Positions 62,935 to 64,000 of a DNA stretch of 64,000 bases are shown in pieces (position 1 is the stretch's first letter; each line of letters opens with the position of its first letter). The notes beneath the pieces were generated by a model. It saw only the letters and a program-made list of their open reading frames with translations. It had not been told where the DNA came from and did not search any database. The position numbers and the translations under genes were made by a program. Origin of the DNA: Isurus oxyrinchus (lineage: Eukaryota); the NCBI GenBank assembly GCA_026770705.1, contig JANJGN010000049.1, forward strand, positions 2,604,001-2,668,000, in the 5' to 3' direction.

Positions 62935-64000
62935 TCATAGAATCGAAGAATTCTTACAGCAAAGTAAGAGGCCATTTGTCTGGTCGATGCTGACCCTCTA
63001 AAGGAGAAATTGACCTAGTTCCACACGTTTCCCCCTCGTCCAGAATTTTTCCCTTTTCCGAAAATGATGCAATTTGTTTTTGAAATTTGCAATTGAATCT
63101 GCCTCCACCACAAACTCAGCCTGTCCACTCCAAACCCTAACCACTCACTGCGCGAAAAAAAGTTTATTTTTAAATGTCGCCGTTGCTTCTTTTCCTGATT
63201 ATCTTCAATCTGTGCCCACTTGTTCTCGAATCTTCCACCATTGGGAATTCTTTCTCCCTACCTACTCTGTCTGGACCGTCATGATTCAGGACAACTTTAA
63301 CAAATCTTCTTTCAAACAGGGTATGGCATAGGAAGAAAACGCTAATATATTTTTGTTGTTGTTACAAGAAAATAACATAGGTGGAGTGTGAAAATATGAT
63401 CGAGTGAGGGCAACACAACTGATGCTAGCCGGGCTATAATTGTATTAAATATGTATTTTTGTTTCATCTTCTATGAAAGAGGGAACAATTAATATGTACA
63501 TTTGATCCACAAATGAGACCATAGGACTTTCAGGGGCAAATTTCTACATTTATTACGTTAGCACCAGCATGGTTGATGAAGAGCTGTGGAAATTCAGCTG
63601 AAACACTCCACGGCCCAGATAAGATGCATCCGAGGATTTTTACGGAATTAAGCAAAAATCTGCAGGTTCTCAGTCATAAATCTGTGAAAAATGCTTGCAT
63701 TCTGCAAAGACGCCTGGCGAGCAGATAAAATAAAATGCAGCGTTTATTGTTCTTTGGTAAAATGTTCGCAAATGTGAGTCATGAAATCACAATGAGTTAC
63801 CCCTCATAAACCCGTAAGAAAAGAAAGTTTATGGGGCATGTGGAGAGAAGGAGAACCTTTCATTGTAGCCAGTAAGTGTCCATGAAGGAAAGGACTTGCT
63901 TATCTAGCTGACTGATCACTTTGAACGTGAGCAAAATGAGATTCATGGGGCAAGATAGACAGTGGATGTGATGCATTTGGATTTCTGCAGGCTTTCTAAA
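62935..64000. mobile_element. CR1 remnants (minus about 62935-63310; plus RT fragment about 63500-64000)
   Basis: gtggatgtgatgcatttggatttc (VDVMHLDF) at the window end and a typical CR1 3' UTR on the minus strand. Confidence 0.6.

Noticed and set aside
23325-64000. Additional V/D/J segments or a host protein-coding gene upstream
   Set aside because: No Ig-fold ORF or well-formed RSS pair was recognised, and the recognisable ORFs are retroelement fragments. Small exons cannot be excluded by eye.

Overview
Eukaryotic genomic DNA from a cartilaginous fish (shark-like). The minus strand carries one cluster-type immunoglobulin heavy-chain locus of about 19 kb in germline configuration: TATA promoter, leader (23279-23324), V (22853-23154), D1 (22419-22431), D2 (22026-22036) and J (21589-21636) with the typical V23/12-D1-22/12-D2-12/23-J RSS pattern. 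These are followed by Cmu1, Cmu2, Cmu3, Cmu4 plus secretory tail, and TM1. Two things are unusual. First, the leader and V look IgW-type while the constant exons are clearly IgM. Second, Cmu3 has lost its splice acceptor and carries an in-frame stop, so the locus is either a C-region pseudogene with an intact VDJ cassette or makes a 3-domain mu chain by exon skipping. The 40 kb upstream is repeat-rich: CR1, L2 and RTE LINE remnants, SINEs, Penelope-like fold-back elements with hammerhead-like cores, and a 27/54-bp satellite. It also contains four homologous CTCF-like motifs, each heading a satellite tract, arranged as a mirror-image (inverted) duplication with convergent orientation. Family assignments rest on my recall of reference sequences, not on database searches. 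Transposon boundaries are approximate unless a target-site duplication is quoted.
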